From assembly GCA_977017575.1 (NCBI GenBank), contig CDRNVI010000201.1, positions 37,261-101,260 on the forward strand: a stretch of 64,000 bases of DNA, written 5' to 3'. Shown here piece by piece: positions 1-12,953 of this stretch (position 1 is the stretch's first letter; the number at the start of each line of letters is the position of its first letter). The DNA comes from Paramoeba atlantica (Eukaryota; Protista; Discosea). The position numbers and the translations under genes are program-made. The notes under the pieces were generated by a model that did not search any database, was not told the DNA's origin, and saw only the letters and a program-made list of their open reading frames with translations.

Positions 1-129
1 TAAATCATTCAATTAAAATTATATCATTGTTAAAATTTTATTTTTAAAAAATAAAAAATCAATAATAATTATCCATCAAATAAAAAATAAATTAAAAATA
101 AAAGTATTTGAATCATTTCAAATAAAAGA

Positions 130-3100
130 GGAAAAAAAAAACAAACATCAAAAAGAACTGAAAAAGGATCATTTGAAGGACAAAAAGGGCGAACTCCGGA
201 TAACAACATAAATAAAATCATTCCCATTGACCACATATCATTCTTTTTACAAAAGAGAATTAGAAAAGAAAGACATAAAGAAAAATCAAATATGAGAAAG
301 ATGGAGAGAGAGAGAAAGGAAAGACCATTCCCAAAAAAATGGAGAAAAAAAAGAAAAAAATTCAAAAAAAACCAAAAAAAAACCAAAAAAAAAACAAAAA
401 AAAAACAAAACAAAACAAAACAAAACCTGAGGAGAATCACTCGAAAAAGAAGGAGGATCAATATCACAAAAAAAGAAAGAATCCGAAACTTGACTTCGAT
501 CAATATATTGCCAACAAATTGCGTCCAATAAAACTACATCCCAGACTGGAGAATTTTTTGTTTTTTGTACAACGTTTCCTTGTGAAATGAAAAAGGGAAA
601 TTTGTTAATTTGAGACGAATATAAAAAGAAATCAAAAAAAAGAACAAAAAAAAGAACAAAAAAGAATAAATAAAAGAATAAATAAATAAATAAAAAAAAA
701 AAGAAAAAATAATACAAATCACAACCAAAAAAAAATCAATACCCAAATCCAACTGCCCATGGATCATATTTTTGGAGTGTAGAAAATCCAAAGTTTGACA
801 AATTCGCAGTAAAATAAATCGAACTTCTCTTTCTGATAATCCTCGATTTACAAAAACTGTGAGAGGTTCTCCTGTTATTTCCTGTTTTTATTTTGGTTCA
901 GAGACAAGAGAGAAAGAGAAAGAGAGAGAGAAAGAGAAAGAGAAAGAGAAAGAGAAGAGAAAGAGAAAGAGAAAGGAGAAAAAGAAAAGAGAAAAAAAAA
1001 GAGGAGAAAAAAGATACTTCAGAGACAAAATCAAAAGTAGATTCAGATTCAAAAACATCCAAAATTGGCCACAATCCTTCATGTCTTAACATTTGTTGAT
1101 TTGAAACCTCAAATTGGAAAAGAAAATTTGAATTTTTGGATAAACAAAAAAACTGATTTAAATGATAGAGAAAGGGAACAATTTCAAACAAGGAAATTAA
1201 AAACAAAAATTAAAAAAACCAAAAAAAAAAATCAAAAAAAAAATCAAAAAAAAATCAAAAAAAAATCAAAAAAAAATCAAAAAAAAATCAAAAAAAAATC
1301 AAAAAAAAATCAAAAAAAAATCAAAAAAAAACAAAAAAAAAACCTCCTCCTCAAGCTTGACCCTCCCATGAGAAGAAAAAAGAGTCTTCTTAATTCTCAT
1401 AACAATAAAATCTTTTTTCGATTCTTTGTGCGCCCATTTTGATTCGGTTCCCAGTGTTGTTGTTCTTTGAGTTTTTTCAATTTCGTAATATTCTTTTGTG
1501 AATGTTGTTTTTAATTTTGGCTGATTTTATTTTTGGTTTTTTGGTTTTTTGGTTTTTTGGTTTTTTGGTTTTGGAATTTAGGGAAGGAAAAGAGGGGAAG
1601 TGAGAAAGAAAGAGAAAGGAAGTGAGAAAGTGAGAAAGTGAGAAAAAGAAAAGAAAAGAAAAGAGAAAGAAAAGAAAGAAAGAAAAGAAAGAAAGAAAAA
1701 GAGACAAAACTGTATGTTTAATAACTTGAAAAAGAGTAGAAGAAACAGGCTCAAGACGTTTTAACCAATTATGTTCCAAAGCTTCTCGAATGGACAATCT
1801 CTTTTTTGGTTCAAATTGTAAGAGAGAATTGACAAATCTTTTTGCTTCTGGTGTTACTTTTCTCCAATCTTCGTCCTTAAAAGAAAATGTTTTATTTATT
1901 TTATTTTATTTATTTTATTTTATTTTTTTATTTTAATTTTAAGGAAAAAAAGGGAAAAGGGAAAAGGGAAAAGGAAAAGGAAAAGAAAAAGAATCTTCTT
2001 TCCTTTCTCCCTTATCTTTTCAGATATTTTCTCTCTCCATCCTTTCTTCCTCTCCTTCTTTTCTTTCTTTTCTCCCTCTCTTTTCTTTCTTCTTTCCAAA
2101 CAAACCTTAAAAACAAGATTAGGGCCACTCGTAATCATTTTAATCTTTTGTCCAATCGGCAGATTTTGGAGATGGTAAAAGGGTGTCTTTGTTGTTAATA
2201 AAAAATATGCGATTGCTCCAATCGCCCACATGTCTCCCTGAAAAGAGAGAAAGAAGAGAGAGATCAAAGAAGATGACAGAAGAGAGAAGAGAAGAGAGAG
2301 AGAGAGAGAGAGAGAAAAGAGAGGGGGAAAAAGAGAGAAAAGAAAGAAAAGTGAGAAAAAAAAGAGAAGAAGAGAAAGAAGAGAACAGAGAAGAAAGAGA
2401 GAGAGAGAAAGAGAGAGAGAGAAAGAGAGAAAGAGAAGAGGGAAAAAAAAACTTTCAAATCATAAATTTCATCACTCAATATTTCAGGAGCAGTAAAACT
2501 GCAATCATAATTTGTTATTTTTTCGTTTATAATTAATTGTTCAATTCCATATTCGTCGATCCAGACGGTTGGTGACGCCCAGTCGAGATATATGTTTTCT
2601 TTTTTTTGGGGGATGAGAGGGATGGAGAAGAGGAGAATGAAGAGGGAGAAAGGGAGAAGGGAAAGAGAGAGAGATAATAAAGAAGAAAGAAAGAAGAAAG
2701 AAGAAGAAAGAAAGAAGAAGAAAGAAAGAAGAAGAAGAAAGAAAGAAGAAGAAAGAAAAAGAAACAGAAAAAGAAAACAGAAAAAGAAAACAGAAAAGAT
2801 AAAGAAAAGAAAAAGAAAAATAGTCAAACCTGGAGAAAGATTCGAATGAGAAATGCCAAAAGAATGCAATTTATGAATAGAATAACAAATCGTTCGAATC
2901 AATTCTCGAATTTCATTTTCTCTTTCTAATAATCTTTCTTCTAATCTTACTCCGCTTGTACACTATTGAAAATATTATTAAAAATATTATTATTTTATTG
3001 TTTTCAAATTACTTTCTCTTTCAATTTCATTTCTTTTCTCTTTCTAATAACCTTTCTTCTAATCTTACTCCACTTGTACACTCTTAAAAAAAGACTTATC

Positions 3101-3851
3101 TTATGCAACTTATCACAACTGCAAATTTCTTCATCATTTCCTTTTCTTTTCTTCTTTTTCTCTCATTCCTCAAATCATTTCACTTCCAACAAACAAAATC
3201 AAAATATTGTTTTAAAATTCATAAAATTCTTCAACTCAAAAATAAATTAATCTCAAAAAAAATTCTCAAAAAATGAATTAAATATTTTGAAAAAAAATTG
3301 TCTTCACCTTTTTCAGAATTGAAATTGAATTTTCTGAATCAACAATATCAAGAATTGGAACAAGATGTTTGTCGTGAATCTTTTGCAATTCTTCTAATTT
3401 TCTCTTTCATTTGAAAAAAAAGAAAAAAAAGAAAAAAAAGTTAAAGAAAGAAAAGGAAAAAGGAAAAGAAAGAAAAAAATGAGAAAGAGAAAAGAAAAGA
3501 AACCAAATAATTTTTCTCTCGGAATTGAGTTTTCTTAATTGATTTCAAACAACAAGTTTGATCTTTTCAATTGTTATTAGAAAATGAAAGAAAAAAGAAA
3601 AGAGAAAAGAGAAAGAAAAAGAGAAAAAGAGAATAAAAATATTTTGAAAAACTCTTTTTATTCAAAGAAAAGAAAGAGAGAAGAAAAGAAAAAGAAAAAA
3701 GAGAAAAAACTTGTCGATAATTGGATGAAAAGAGAGTCTTTGTTGGAGTAAAGTTTTCGAAATTTCTGTCATCTTGAATCAGAAAAGAAAAAAGAAAAAG
3801 AAAAAGAAAAAAACGCAAAACCTGAACAGTCAAAATCTCTTTTCTTTCCAT
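130..3851 (-). CDS. Multi-exon protein with two tandem degenerate Ser/Thr kinase domains (double pseudokinase); 3' end probably runs off the window
   Basis: Exons spliced by eye. Domain 1: CCLKSIKK (II), KIHDKHLVPILDIVDSE (IV), HSNLSPENIYL (VIb), WIDEYG (VII), TAPEI (VIII), DMWAIGAIAYFLL (IX), KKRLSIREALEHNWL (XI). Domain 2: LWPILDVFESE, FLHSKNMIHGQLDLGNVV, VLLDAIC, DMWSMGMILFMLLSGVRPF. Putative ATG at 3851. Confidence 0.8.
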
Positions 3852-4400
3852 CTCCAAAAATAGAGAAGACAGAAAAGAGACAGAAGAGAGGCGTGAGGAA
3901 AGAGAGAGAGAGAGAGAGAAGAGAGAAGAGAAGAGAGAAGAGAGGAAAGAAAAAAAGAAATTACAAAAAAAAAACAGAAAAAGAGTTTCAGTGCAAAAAA
4001 CACACAAAAATAAATTCAGTGACCAAACAATACCAAAAAACACACAAAATAAAATATGACGTGTAATAATGACGTGGCACTTTTTTTCCATTCCATTTTC
4101 ACTTTGACTTTTTCACCGTTTTCTCTTGTCTGCTCTTCTCTCTCTTTGTTTGTCTGGGTTTCTTTTGGATTTCTGATGATTTTGGAAATTCCCTTTCTTC
4201 CGGAAGAGACTCTTTTCTGGTTTGAAAAACAAAAATTTAAAGGGGAGAGAAAAAAAAAAGAAATCAAAAGTTTAAACTTTAAAAGTAACAGAAATAACCT
4301 TTTTTAAAATTCGGTTCATCGGCAGATCATTTTTTTTGAAGAATTCTATTTTTTTAAAATGAAGAATAATAATTAATAATTAATAATTAATAATCATTTT

Positions 4401-5542
4401 AAATCACTAATCCGCATTCATAAAAGGAATGAAATTGACATAAAGAAAAAATGTTCAGCAAAAGCATGGCAAAAGATCTCTTCTTTACCGTCATCTCCTT
4501 ATCACATGGAAATTCAATAGTTTCTCTTTTTTTCTTTTTTCTTTTTCTTTTTTCTTTTTTCTAACTTTTTGAATTTATTTTTTAGCCATTCAATTCAATC
4601 CTTCGCTCCTGATCTTGTTGGTATTATTCTCTTTTCCTTTTCTTTTCTTCTCTCCTTTATTCTTTTTTTTGAAATTAATTTTTTTTTCTTTTGAAAAGGA
4701 TGGTTCAGAAAAAGTGTAAAAGAAGATCGAACTGGCGCAGATCATTTTCGAATTGTTAATCCAATTTGGATACTAGCGACAGCAAAAACCGAACATGTTC
4801 TCTTTTTTTCTTTCTTTTTAAAATTATTTTTTTTTTCGATTTTTTTATTCATTTTTTTTTTAAAAAAAAGGAAATAATTCGAAACTTTATCGATCTTTTA
4901 GAAGACCCACCACCTCTTACAAATGATATTAAAGAAGTGTCACGCCACTTATCAAACATAAGACAAAAAAATCTCGAAAGTGGTTTTATTTTTCTTTCTG
5001 CACCAGTTCCTTCTGTTTCAACTCCCTCTTTTCCTCCTCATTCTTCTTCTTCTTCTTCTTCTTTCTCTTCTTCTCCGTCTTCTTCTCATCCTGCTAATAT
5101 TTTAACTTGTTCTGCTGATCCTGTGTATAATCCTCCTTCTCCTCCCACTGTCTCTTTTCACTCTCTCCCTCGAGATAAAGAAGAAGAAAATGTGCCCCCC
5201 TCTTCCCCCCTCGCTTCTCTTCTTCTTCTCGAATCTCCTCCACATTCTCCTCTTTCTCCTCTTTCTCCTCCCTCTTCTTCTTCTTCTTCTCTCTCTCCTT
5301 GTTCTTCGATCTCTCCTCCCTCCTCCTCCTCCTCTTCTTCCTCTCTTGCCTCCCCTTCTTTCACATCGTACCAATTACCTCCACCCTCTTCATTAACACA
5401 TCGCCCTCTCACTCCAACCCAAAAGGAAGAAGAGATGGAGCAATTTACCAAAAAAATACAAGAGGAAGAGAAAGAGAGAGAGGAGATAAGAAGAGAGAAT
5501 GAAGTGATGAGAATGGAGAAGACAGAGAAAGAGATGGAGTGA
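4401..5542 (+). CDS. Hypothetical multi-exon protein with Ser/Pro-rich region and C-terminal coiled coil; start uncertain
   Basis: Open GT-AG-bounded exons (KSLIRIHKRNEIDIKK..., GWFRKSVKEDRTGADHF..., EIIRNFIDLLEDPPPL...MEKTEKEME*). No family recognised. Confidence 0.55.
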
Positions 5543-5899
5543 ACCAAGAGAAGTCATATTTTATCTATTTTTTTGTCTTTCGTCTGGTTGTGAGATTGTT
5601 TTTCTAATTTTGAAGAGAAAAAAGTTGAGAAAGGAAGAAAGAAAAAAGAGTATATTCCAAGGACATAGGATGGCCATTTGGAGTTGTGATCATTTTCTTT
5701 TACTCAAAAAAACCTTTCTCGATCTCCAATAAAACAGCCACTTTTCTTCTCAACAATAATTTCTGAAGTTTGGCAAAGGACTTTTGGAATACAAAATTTA
5801 GGTTTCTTTTTTTAGAGAATTTTGCTAAAAAAAAGGAAAGAAAAGAGAAAGAAAAGAGGAAAGAAAAGAAAGAGAAGAGAAGAGAAACAGAAAGAAAGA

Positions 5900-7977
5900 A
5901 TGGACATGGACATGGGAGGAGAGAAAAGAAAACTGAGTGCCGAGGAAGAGAAGATCGCCAGAGATTTTCCAAGTATTATTTGTCAGATTGAAGATCGTGC
6001 GTTTCGATTACATGAATTTGAAAGGATGTTTGATGGGAGGTTGTTGTGTTCTGATAACCCTCATTCTCGAGAGTTGTTGTCCATTTGGATTTCGAAGTAT
6101 TGTTTTTTCTTTTTCTTTTTCTTTTTTTTTTTGTTGTTTTTTGTTTTTTGTTTTTTGTTTTTTGTTTTTTGTTTTTTGTTTGATGGGAGGTTGTTGTGTT
6201 CTGATAACCCTCATTCTCGAGAGTTGTTGTCCATTTGGATTTCGAAGTATTGTTTTTTCTTTTTTCTTTTTCTTTTTTTTTTTGTTTTTTCTTTTTGTTT
6301 TTTTTTTTTGTTGTTTTTTTGTTTTTTGTTTTTTGTTTTTTGTTTTTTGTTTTTTGTTTTTTGTTTTTTGTTTTTTCTTTTTTCTTTTTTCTTTTTTGTT
6401 TTTTTAGTTTTCGATATGTATTCAAAGAAATAATGGCCATTGAAAAAAAGAATTTAAATCGGTTGAGAAAGAAGTTCGAATAAAGTTGAATAAATTTGAA
6501 TAAAATCGAATAAAATCGAATAAATTTGAATAAAATCAATAAAATCAAATAAATTCGAATAAATTCAAATAAAATCGAATAAAATCGAATTTGAAAGACC
6601 TTTCTTTCAAATGTCATCATCTTGGAAGAGAAGAAGAGAGAAGGAGAAGAGAGAAGGAGAAGAGAGAAGGAGAAGAGAGAAGGAGAAGAAGAAGAAGAAA
6701 AATAATAATTCAATATTCATTTTCACAAACTCGACTTTCTTGGAAATATTTTTCTCTCTTTTCTTCTTTCTCTCCTTTCCTTTTCTTTTTCCTTTTCCTT
6801 TTTTTCATTCTTTTTCTTTTTCTTTTTCTTTCTTTTGTATTACTCTTTTGATAAGGAAACATGCAGAATTCATACTGTTGCCTCTCAAGATGCTGGAGCC
6901 AAAAAACAAAATGATGTTTTCTTTTCTTTTTCTTTCTTTTTCTTTTTCTTTTTTCTTTTTCTTTTTCTCTCTTTTTGTTTCTCTTCTCTCAACAATCTTT
7001 CTTTTCGTTTTTTTAGTTTATTGAAGAGATGGTTGATTGTGGGTTGGTTGAAAAACTGTTAATTCCTTGTATGGATAGTACAATCCCACTCATTGCTTCT
7101 CGTACTCTCGATATTTTACAAGGTATAATTGAAAAAGAAAAAGAAAAAAGAAAAAGAAAAAAGAAAGAAGAAAGAAGAAAAAGAAAAGAAAGAAGAAAGA
7201 AGGAAAAGAAAGAAGGAAAAGAAAAAGAAAGAGAATAGAAAGGAGAGCGAAAATTTTTAAATAAAGAGAAGAAAAGTAAAAGGATAAAAAGAAAGACGAG
7301 AGAGTTGTTTTTGAATCTTTTTTTTTCTTTTTCTCCTTCTCTTTTTTCTCCTCTTCTCTTCTCCTCTTCTTTTCTTCTCCTCTCCTCTCCTCTCCTCTCC
7401 TCTCCTCTCTTTCTTCTCCTCTCTTCTCCTCTCTTTCTTCTCTTCTCTTCTCTTCTCTTCTCCTCTCTTCTCCTCTCCTCTCCTCTCTTTTCTCCTCCTC
7501 TCTCTTCTCCTCTCTTTCTTCTTCTATTCTCTTCTCTTCTCTTCTCTTCTCCTCTCTTCTCTAATCCAAAACACAGCAATCTGTCCATGCAAAGATGTAG
7601 GAGTTCGATTAATTTCTTGTCGTAATCACTGGCTTTTTTCCCTTCTTGATATCTTGGAAAATGGTTTAATTTCTGAGAAGTTTTATGGAAGGTTCTTTCT
7701 TTCTTTCTCTTTTTTCTTTTTCTTTCTTTCTCTCTTTCTCTCTCTCTCTTCCTTTTTCTTTCTTTCTCTTTTTTCTTTCTTCTTTCTTTCTATTCCTTTC
7801 TTCTTGTTCTTTATCTCTTTTCTCTTTCTCTTTCTTTCCTGTTTTTCTCCTCTCACTTTCTCTAATACAAAATGATAAAATAGTAATTTTCTGTGCACAT
7901 TATTCTGTCCTTTTCCTGGGATTGTTCCATCTTTCTTTGATTCTCAATTAATTTTTCAACTTATTCAGGTTTTTTTG

Positions 7978-8008
<31 letters not shown>

Positions 8009-10457
8009 AGAAAAGAAAGAAAGGAAATTAGTAGGGAAAACAGTTTTCTGTAAATTATTTATTGAAATCAACTTTTTTTCTTTTTCTTTTTCAAGATCTG
8101 ATATTTTTTTCTTTCTTTCTTCTTTTCTTCTCTTTTCCTTTTTTTTTAAAAAAAAAAAGATTACAAGCAAAATATTAAAGTGCAATGAGGAAGATTTCGA
8201 ACAAGAAATTAATTCACTTCCTTCGAATCCAAAATTTGTGCGACCAAATGGTGATTTCCTCTTTCCTGATCAACAAGTTTGTTATTTGATTCAAAAAGAA
8301 ATTGAATATGAAATTAAATAAGTTATCTTAAGAAATAAGATTAAAAATTTAAAAAAAAAATGAAAAAAATGTTCGATTGTTGATTAGTTTCCATTCTTCT
8401 TTCATGACACATGAAGAAGAACAAAGAAATAAAGTATTAAATGGGGATTATAATACGAGTAATAATAAATGCTAATAAATGCTAATAAATACTAATAAAT
8501 AATAATAATAAATAATAATAAATAATAATAAATAATAATAAATAATAATAAAAATAAATAATATTAATAAAACAACCCCCCAAAAAAAAATACAGACAGA
8601 AATGTTAAAACCAGAAACCGCAAGCATGAAACTCTACCAAACAAGATTCCTATCACGAGTACACGAAATGGCCCAAATTTCTCTCTTTTATCTCTTTAAT
8701 TCTTTAATACAATCGAGAAGTTGGTTGGGAAATTTGAGAAATTTTGGGGGAGAGAGAGAGGGGAGAGAGAGGGAGAGAGAGAGAAGAGAGAGAGAGAAGG
8801 GTGGGGTTAGGTTGTTGGGGGAGTCTTTTTGGGTTTGTGTGCGAGATCCGGGGGTTAATCGCTCTTATTGTGATGATAAGAGGTTTTTTTTTGTTTTTTT
8901 TTGTTTTTGTTTTTTGTTTTTGTTTTTTGTTTTTGTTTTTTTTTTTTAATCTGAAATGGTTTTATTTTTATTTTTATTTTATTTTATTTTTATTTTCTTT
9001 TATTTTTCTTTTATTTTTCTTTTTTCTTTTATTTTTCTTTTATTTTTCTTTTTCTTTTCTTTATTTATTTCTTCTCATTTTTCTCATTTTCTCTCTCTCT
9101 TTCTCCTTCTTTTTCTCTCTTCACCAGCTTATCTTATGTGTGTCTCTCAATGTATATTCTTTTATCTCCTTCTTTCGAGGTTCTTGGAGAACTTGTAGGT
9201 GTAAAGAGAGAAGAGCCTCTTTCTGAAGAATGTCAACAGAATTTGACTGATTTTGAAGAGAAGATTAATGAATTCATTACAAGTTCTTCTTTTTCTTTTT
9301 CTTTTTCTTTTTCGAAAATCTTTCTCATTTTCTCTCTTTAGCAAAAGATCAAGTTGAAGCTCTCGTAAATTGTTTTTCAGTCCTTATTTTTGAACATCCT
9401 CGAGATTGGAATGGGATTATCGGAACACACCCATTGTATAAAAAGAAAATGATCAGGTTTGAAAAGAAAAGAAATTTAATAGAAAAAGTGAAAGAAAACA
9501 CAACACACAAAGAAAAGAAGAAGTAAAAAAAAGAAATGTATGATTAAATCTCAAAAAAAAAAAATAGCTTCACAAAAGAAGATCTCACTGATTTGGTCAA
9601 TTCTCGCGGTGAAGCTGCTGTTCAGATTTTTTTATTATTTTGATATTATTTTTTTTTTTTATTTTTTTTTCAATTTTTTTTTTCAATTCTTTTTTATATT
9701 CTTATTATTCTTTTTTCTTCTCTCACACATTTTTCCCTTTTCTTTCTTCTCTTCTTTTTTTTTTAGTCTCGAATATCACAAATTCTCTGTTACCTCACCA
9801 TGTCCGAAAGAACAGCAAAAATGGTCATCGAAACAAAACTGCTTGAAGTGATGAAAAAAATTCTTTCTGATCCAGTTTCTTATGAATGTGGAGGGGGGTG
9901 GCAAGGGTGGTCAGCCACTCAAGTTCCAAAAGGAGAGAAGAAAAGGAAAGAAGTTGTTTATTGTAATTTTGAATTTGGTGTTGTGACGAATTGTTTGATC
10001 ATTTATTTGAATTTGGAGAGGCTTGGACTCTTGGAAAAAGCACCTGAAAGGGTATCTTTCTTTTTTTCTTTCTTTTTTTTTGGTTCAATTTTTTGTTTTG
10101 TTTTTTTTTCTGTTTTCAAAGCGAAACTCACCACACTTTCGAAAGGTATTTGAACTTGCTGGTTACAGAGCAAAAGATCTCAAAGAAGAAGGGAACAAGC
10201 ATATTTCAGAAAACCCCCACAGTGCCGCAGATGCATACATTGGAAGTATTTGTTTGACACAACATGATCTCTCAAAAGAAAATCAAGTTCATATTTATTT
10301 GTCAAACCGAGCGGAGGCGCTAATTCGGTTGAAGCACTTTGGCGAGGCTGTCAGGTGTTGTGAGAGTGCTTTAAAATATGACCCAACTTTTGAAAAGACA
10401 CATCGAAGGTTGGAAAGGGCAAAACAAGGGCTTGAAGAACTAAAAAAGGATTGTTGA
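5900..10457 (+). CDS. Multi-exon helical-repeat (ARM-like) protein with C-terminal TPR domain; could be two genes
   Basis: Last exon AKDLKEEGNKH...YLSNRAEALIRLKHFGEAVRCCESALKYDPTFEKTHRRLERAK is a 3-TPR clamp. Upstream exons such as MVDCGLVEKLLIPCMDSTIPLIASRTLDILQ and MVIETKLLEVMKKIL look armadillo-like. Confidence 0.6.
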
Positions 10458-10585
10458 AGGTAATAAAAAAAAATAATATAACACTAAAAACAGAGAAAAA
10501 AATATGGAAAGATAAATTCATCTCATACAATTTTTATGAAATAAAAATGGATCAAGAACAAACATCCCAAAAAGAGTGAGCATCC

Positions 10586-12710
10586 TTATCCTTTTGGACC
10601 ACGCCTAAAATTAACACGAAGAACATAGAGACCTCGCTCAATACTAGACACTGCAACAATTTGTCCCCCTCTATTCTGGCGATGATTAGGATAATAAGGA
10701 TAATTACTCCAACTCCCTTCAAAAGTGGGTCCATCACAATAAGGAGCCACATCGAAATAGGCAAGCTCTCGAATATTGAGAGGATCCGCAACATCCAACA
10801 CTCTCAAACCACCACAATAGTTTGATTGATACGCAATGTTATTCTGAATGTACAAATTATGATCAATTACAGTCTGGGTAGAAAAGAAGGAAGTCGCCCA
10901 AGTGGGGTTCTGAAGGTCTTCCACACTCCAAATCATTGTACGTGTTCGTGCACCAAAGTTGGCACTGGAAGTATTGGATTCATAAGTGGTCCCCTGTTTC
11001 ACATTATTTTAGAAGACGAGATAAAAAAAGGAAATATGAATATTAAATTAATGAAAAAGAGATTCCAAATATTAGATAGTATTCCAAGTCAATTTGAATG
11101 AACAAACCTGCATTTCATCAAGTTCATCATCCATGAGCAAATATCGACCATCTTCAGTCATCCATCCTTGATGAGTGTATTGACTTCCCTTGTATGGGGT
11201 TCGAGAAATAAGAACGATGTCTGTATCAATAAAAAAGAGAGAGCAAAAAAGAGAAGAAAAAGAGAAAAAATTGTAAGTAAGTGAATCAATGAGGAGAGGG
11301 GAAAAAAGAGGGGGAAGAGGGGAAAAATTTCTTTCAAGTATTTTTTTCTCTTTTTTTTTTCTATTTTTTCTCTTCTCTTCTCTCAATAAAAAAATAAAGA
11401 AAAACAAAAAAAAAACCATCTTTGTCAGTCACATCAACAATTGTCAAAGTATCTTCATTGTAGTTGAAACAGATCTCCTGACCATGATAACGGGAATCAG
11501 GATAAGAATCATCATAAACAATACATTGACAATCATGGGTATATCCATCATCAGCATAACATCCAGCGTAAATAGGTTCTTCTTCAGTAACATCCATGAT
11601 GTAAAGGCCACCACTAAAAAAATAAATTCAAAATATTACTCAGAAAATTGCCCATGAATAAAAGAAGAGGAGAGAGAGAGAAAAAAAAGAGTAAAAAGAG
11701 AATAAAAGGAAGAACAACGAACTTGCACTTGCTACTTCCAATGATATAAGCGTAACCAGTCTCTTCATTCAGAGCAATATTGTGAGAATGACCAAAACCA
11801 TCATAATGATAATCAGCAGTCAAAATAGGAACATGATCATGTTTCAATTGAAAGTCTTCTTGTCGAGCCTCTTCCACAAGTCTTTCAAGATTGAGCACTT
11901 GCATTCCGTGGTTTGTATTCTCAGAGACTAAAAAATAATAATCAAAGTTTGAAACAAACAAAAAGGAGCGAATGATCAAAAAAGAAAAGAAAAAAGGAAA
12001 GAAAAAAAAATTCATACTAATGTATGCTCGATTCTCATAGACCTTAATATCTCTCCAAATTTGATTCTTTGTACAAACTGAAGGATCACCAATATCCCCA
12101 CAATCAAAAGTGGGAAGAAAACCCAAGACAATCGGGTTCACAGCATCGGTGATATCCACAACACTTGTTCCATCTGTTTGTTTGTTTTTTGGGTGTGTTG
12201 TTTGTTTTTTGGGTGTGTTGTTTGTTAGTACCAGAATTTATTTATTTACTTTTTGTTTGTATTTCTGAAAAATACAAAATCACAAGAAAAAAAAGAAAAG
12301 AGAAAAAAGAAACCTGAATGCCCAACAATAGCAATCTCTCGACCATTGACAGTAGCCCCCCAAATATCACTGGTCTCCCCAGCACTCCCCAAATCCTTAT
12401 TCGAAACATAAGACATCAAATCCGTTTTTCGACAACGATAAACTCCATCATTTTGGTCATGGGAATGGACACCAACATGACCAAAAAGACAACGCTCAGG
12501 ATTTCCTCTCACTGGTTTCAAGTTCATGGGAGATTTTCCTGATTGTTTCAGATATGCCCATTCAACTTCTTTGAGTGGCATGAGTTTGCTTCTGCCGAGG
12601 GAGTTGAAGTTTTCGAGCTGGCATTTTCCTTCACAGACTTTGGTTGGGTCTCGAACTCGGCAAGAGACTGCTAAGAAAAGAACAGAAAGAACAAAGAACA
12701 AACGCATCAT
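10586..12710 (-). CDS. Secreted choice-of-anchor B domain / LVIVD-repeat beta-propeller protein
   Basis: Signal peptide MMRLFFVLSVLFLAVSC; family motifs SDIWG, QIWRDIKVY, HNIALNEETGYAYIIGS, GYTHDCQC, YTHQGWMTED, DELDE, IDHNLYI, SNYCGGLRVLDV, GSWSNYPYY. Confidence 0.85.
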
Positions 12711-12953
12711 AAAAAAGTTTCTCTTTGTCTGTTCAAAACGGAGAAGACAAAGGAAGAAAGAAGGACCTTGTCCTTTGGATAAGGGCTTTTTTTGAAAAAA
12801 TAGATTTTTTTTTTTGCGGAAAGTCAGACTGAATAAAAAATTCTCAAAAGTTCAAAAGAATTCGGAATTTATTTTTCTCGAATTTTCTCAAAGAAAATTC
12901 CAAAGAATTTTTCTTTAAAACACATAAAATATCATGAAAGTTTTCAAAACAAA

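Noticed and set aside
2921-3085. Duplicated ~50-bp kinase exon start (possible mutually exclusive exons)
   Set aside because: The 3041-3085 copy reaches a stop after ERLLEREKK and has a weak acceptor.
6029-6262. 150-bp-period duplication of an exon end and donor site
   Set aside because: The second copy has no upstream AG acceptor; likely slippage or an assembly artefact inside an intron.
6478-6595. 10-mer tandem repeat (aataaaatcg/aataaatttg)
   Set aside because: Ordinary intronic minisatellite.
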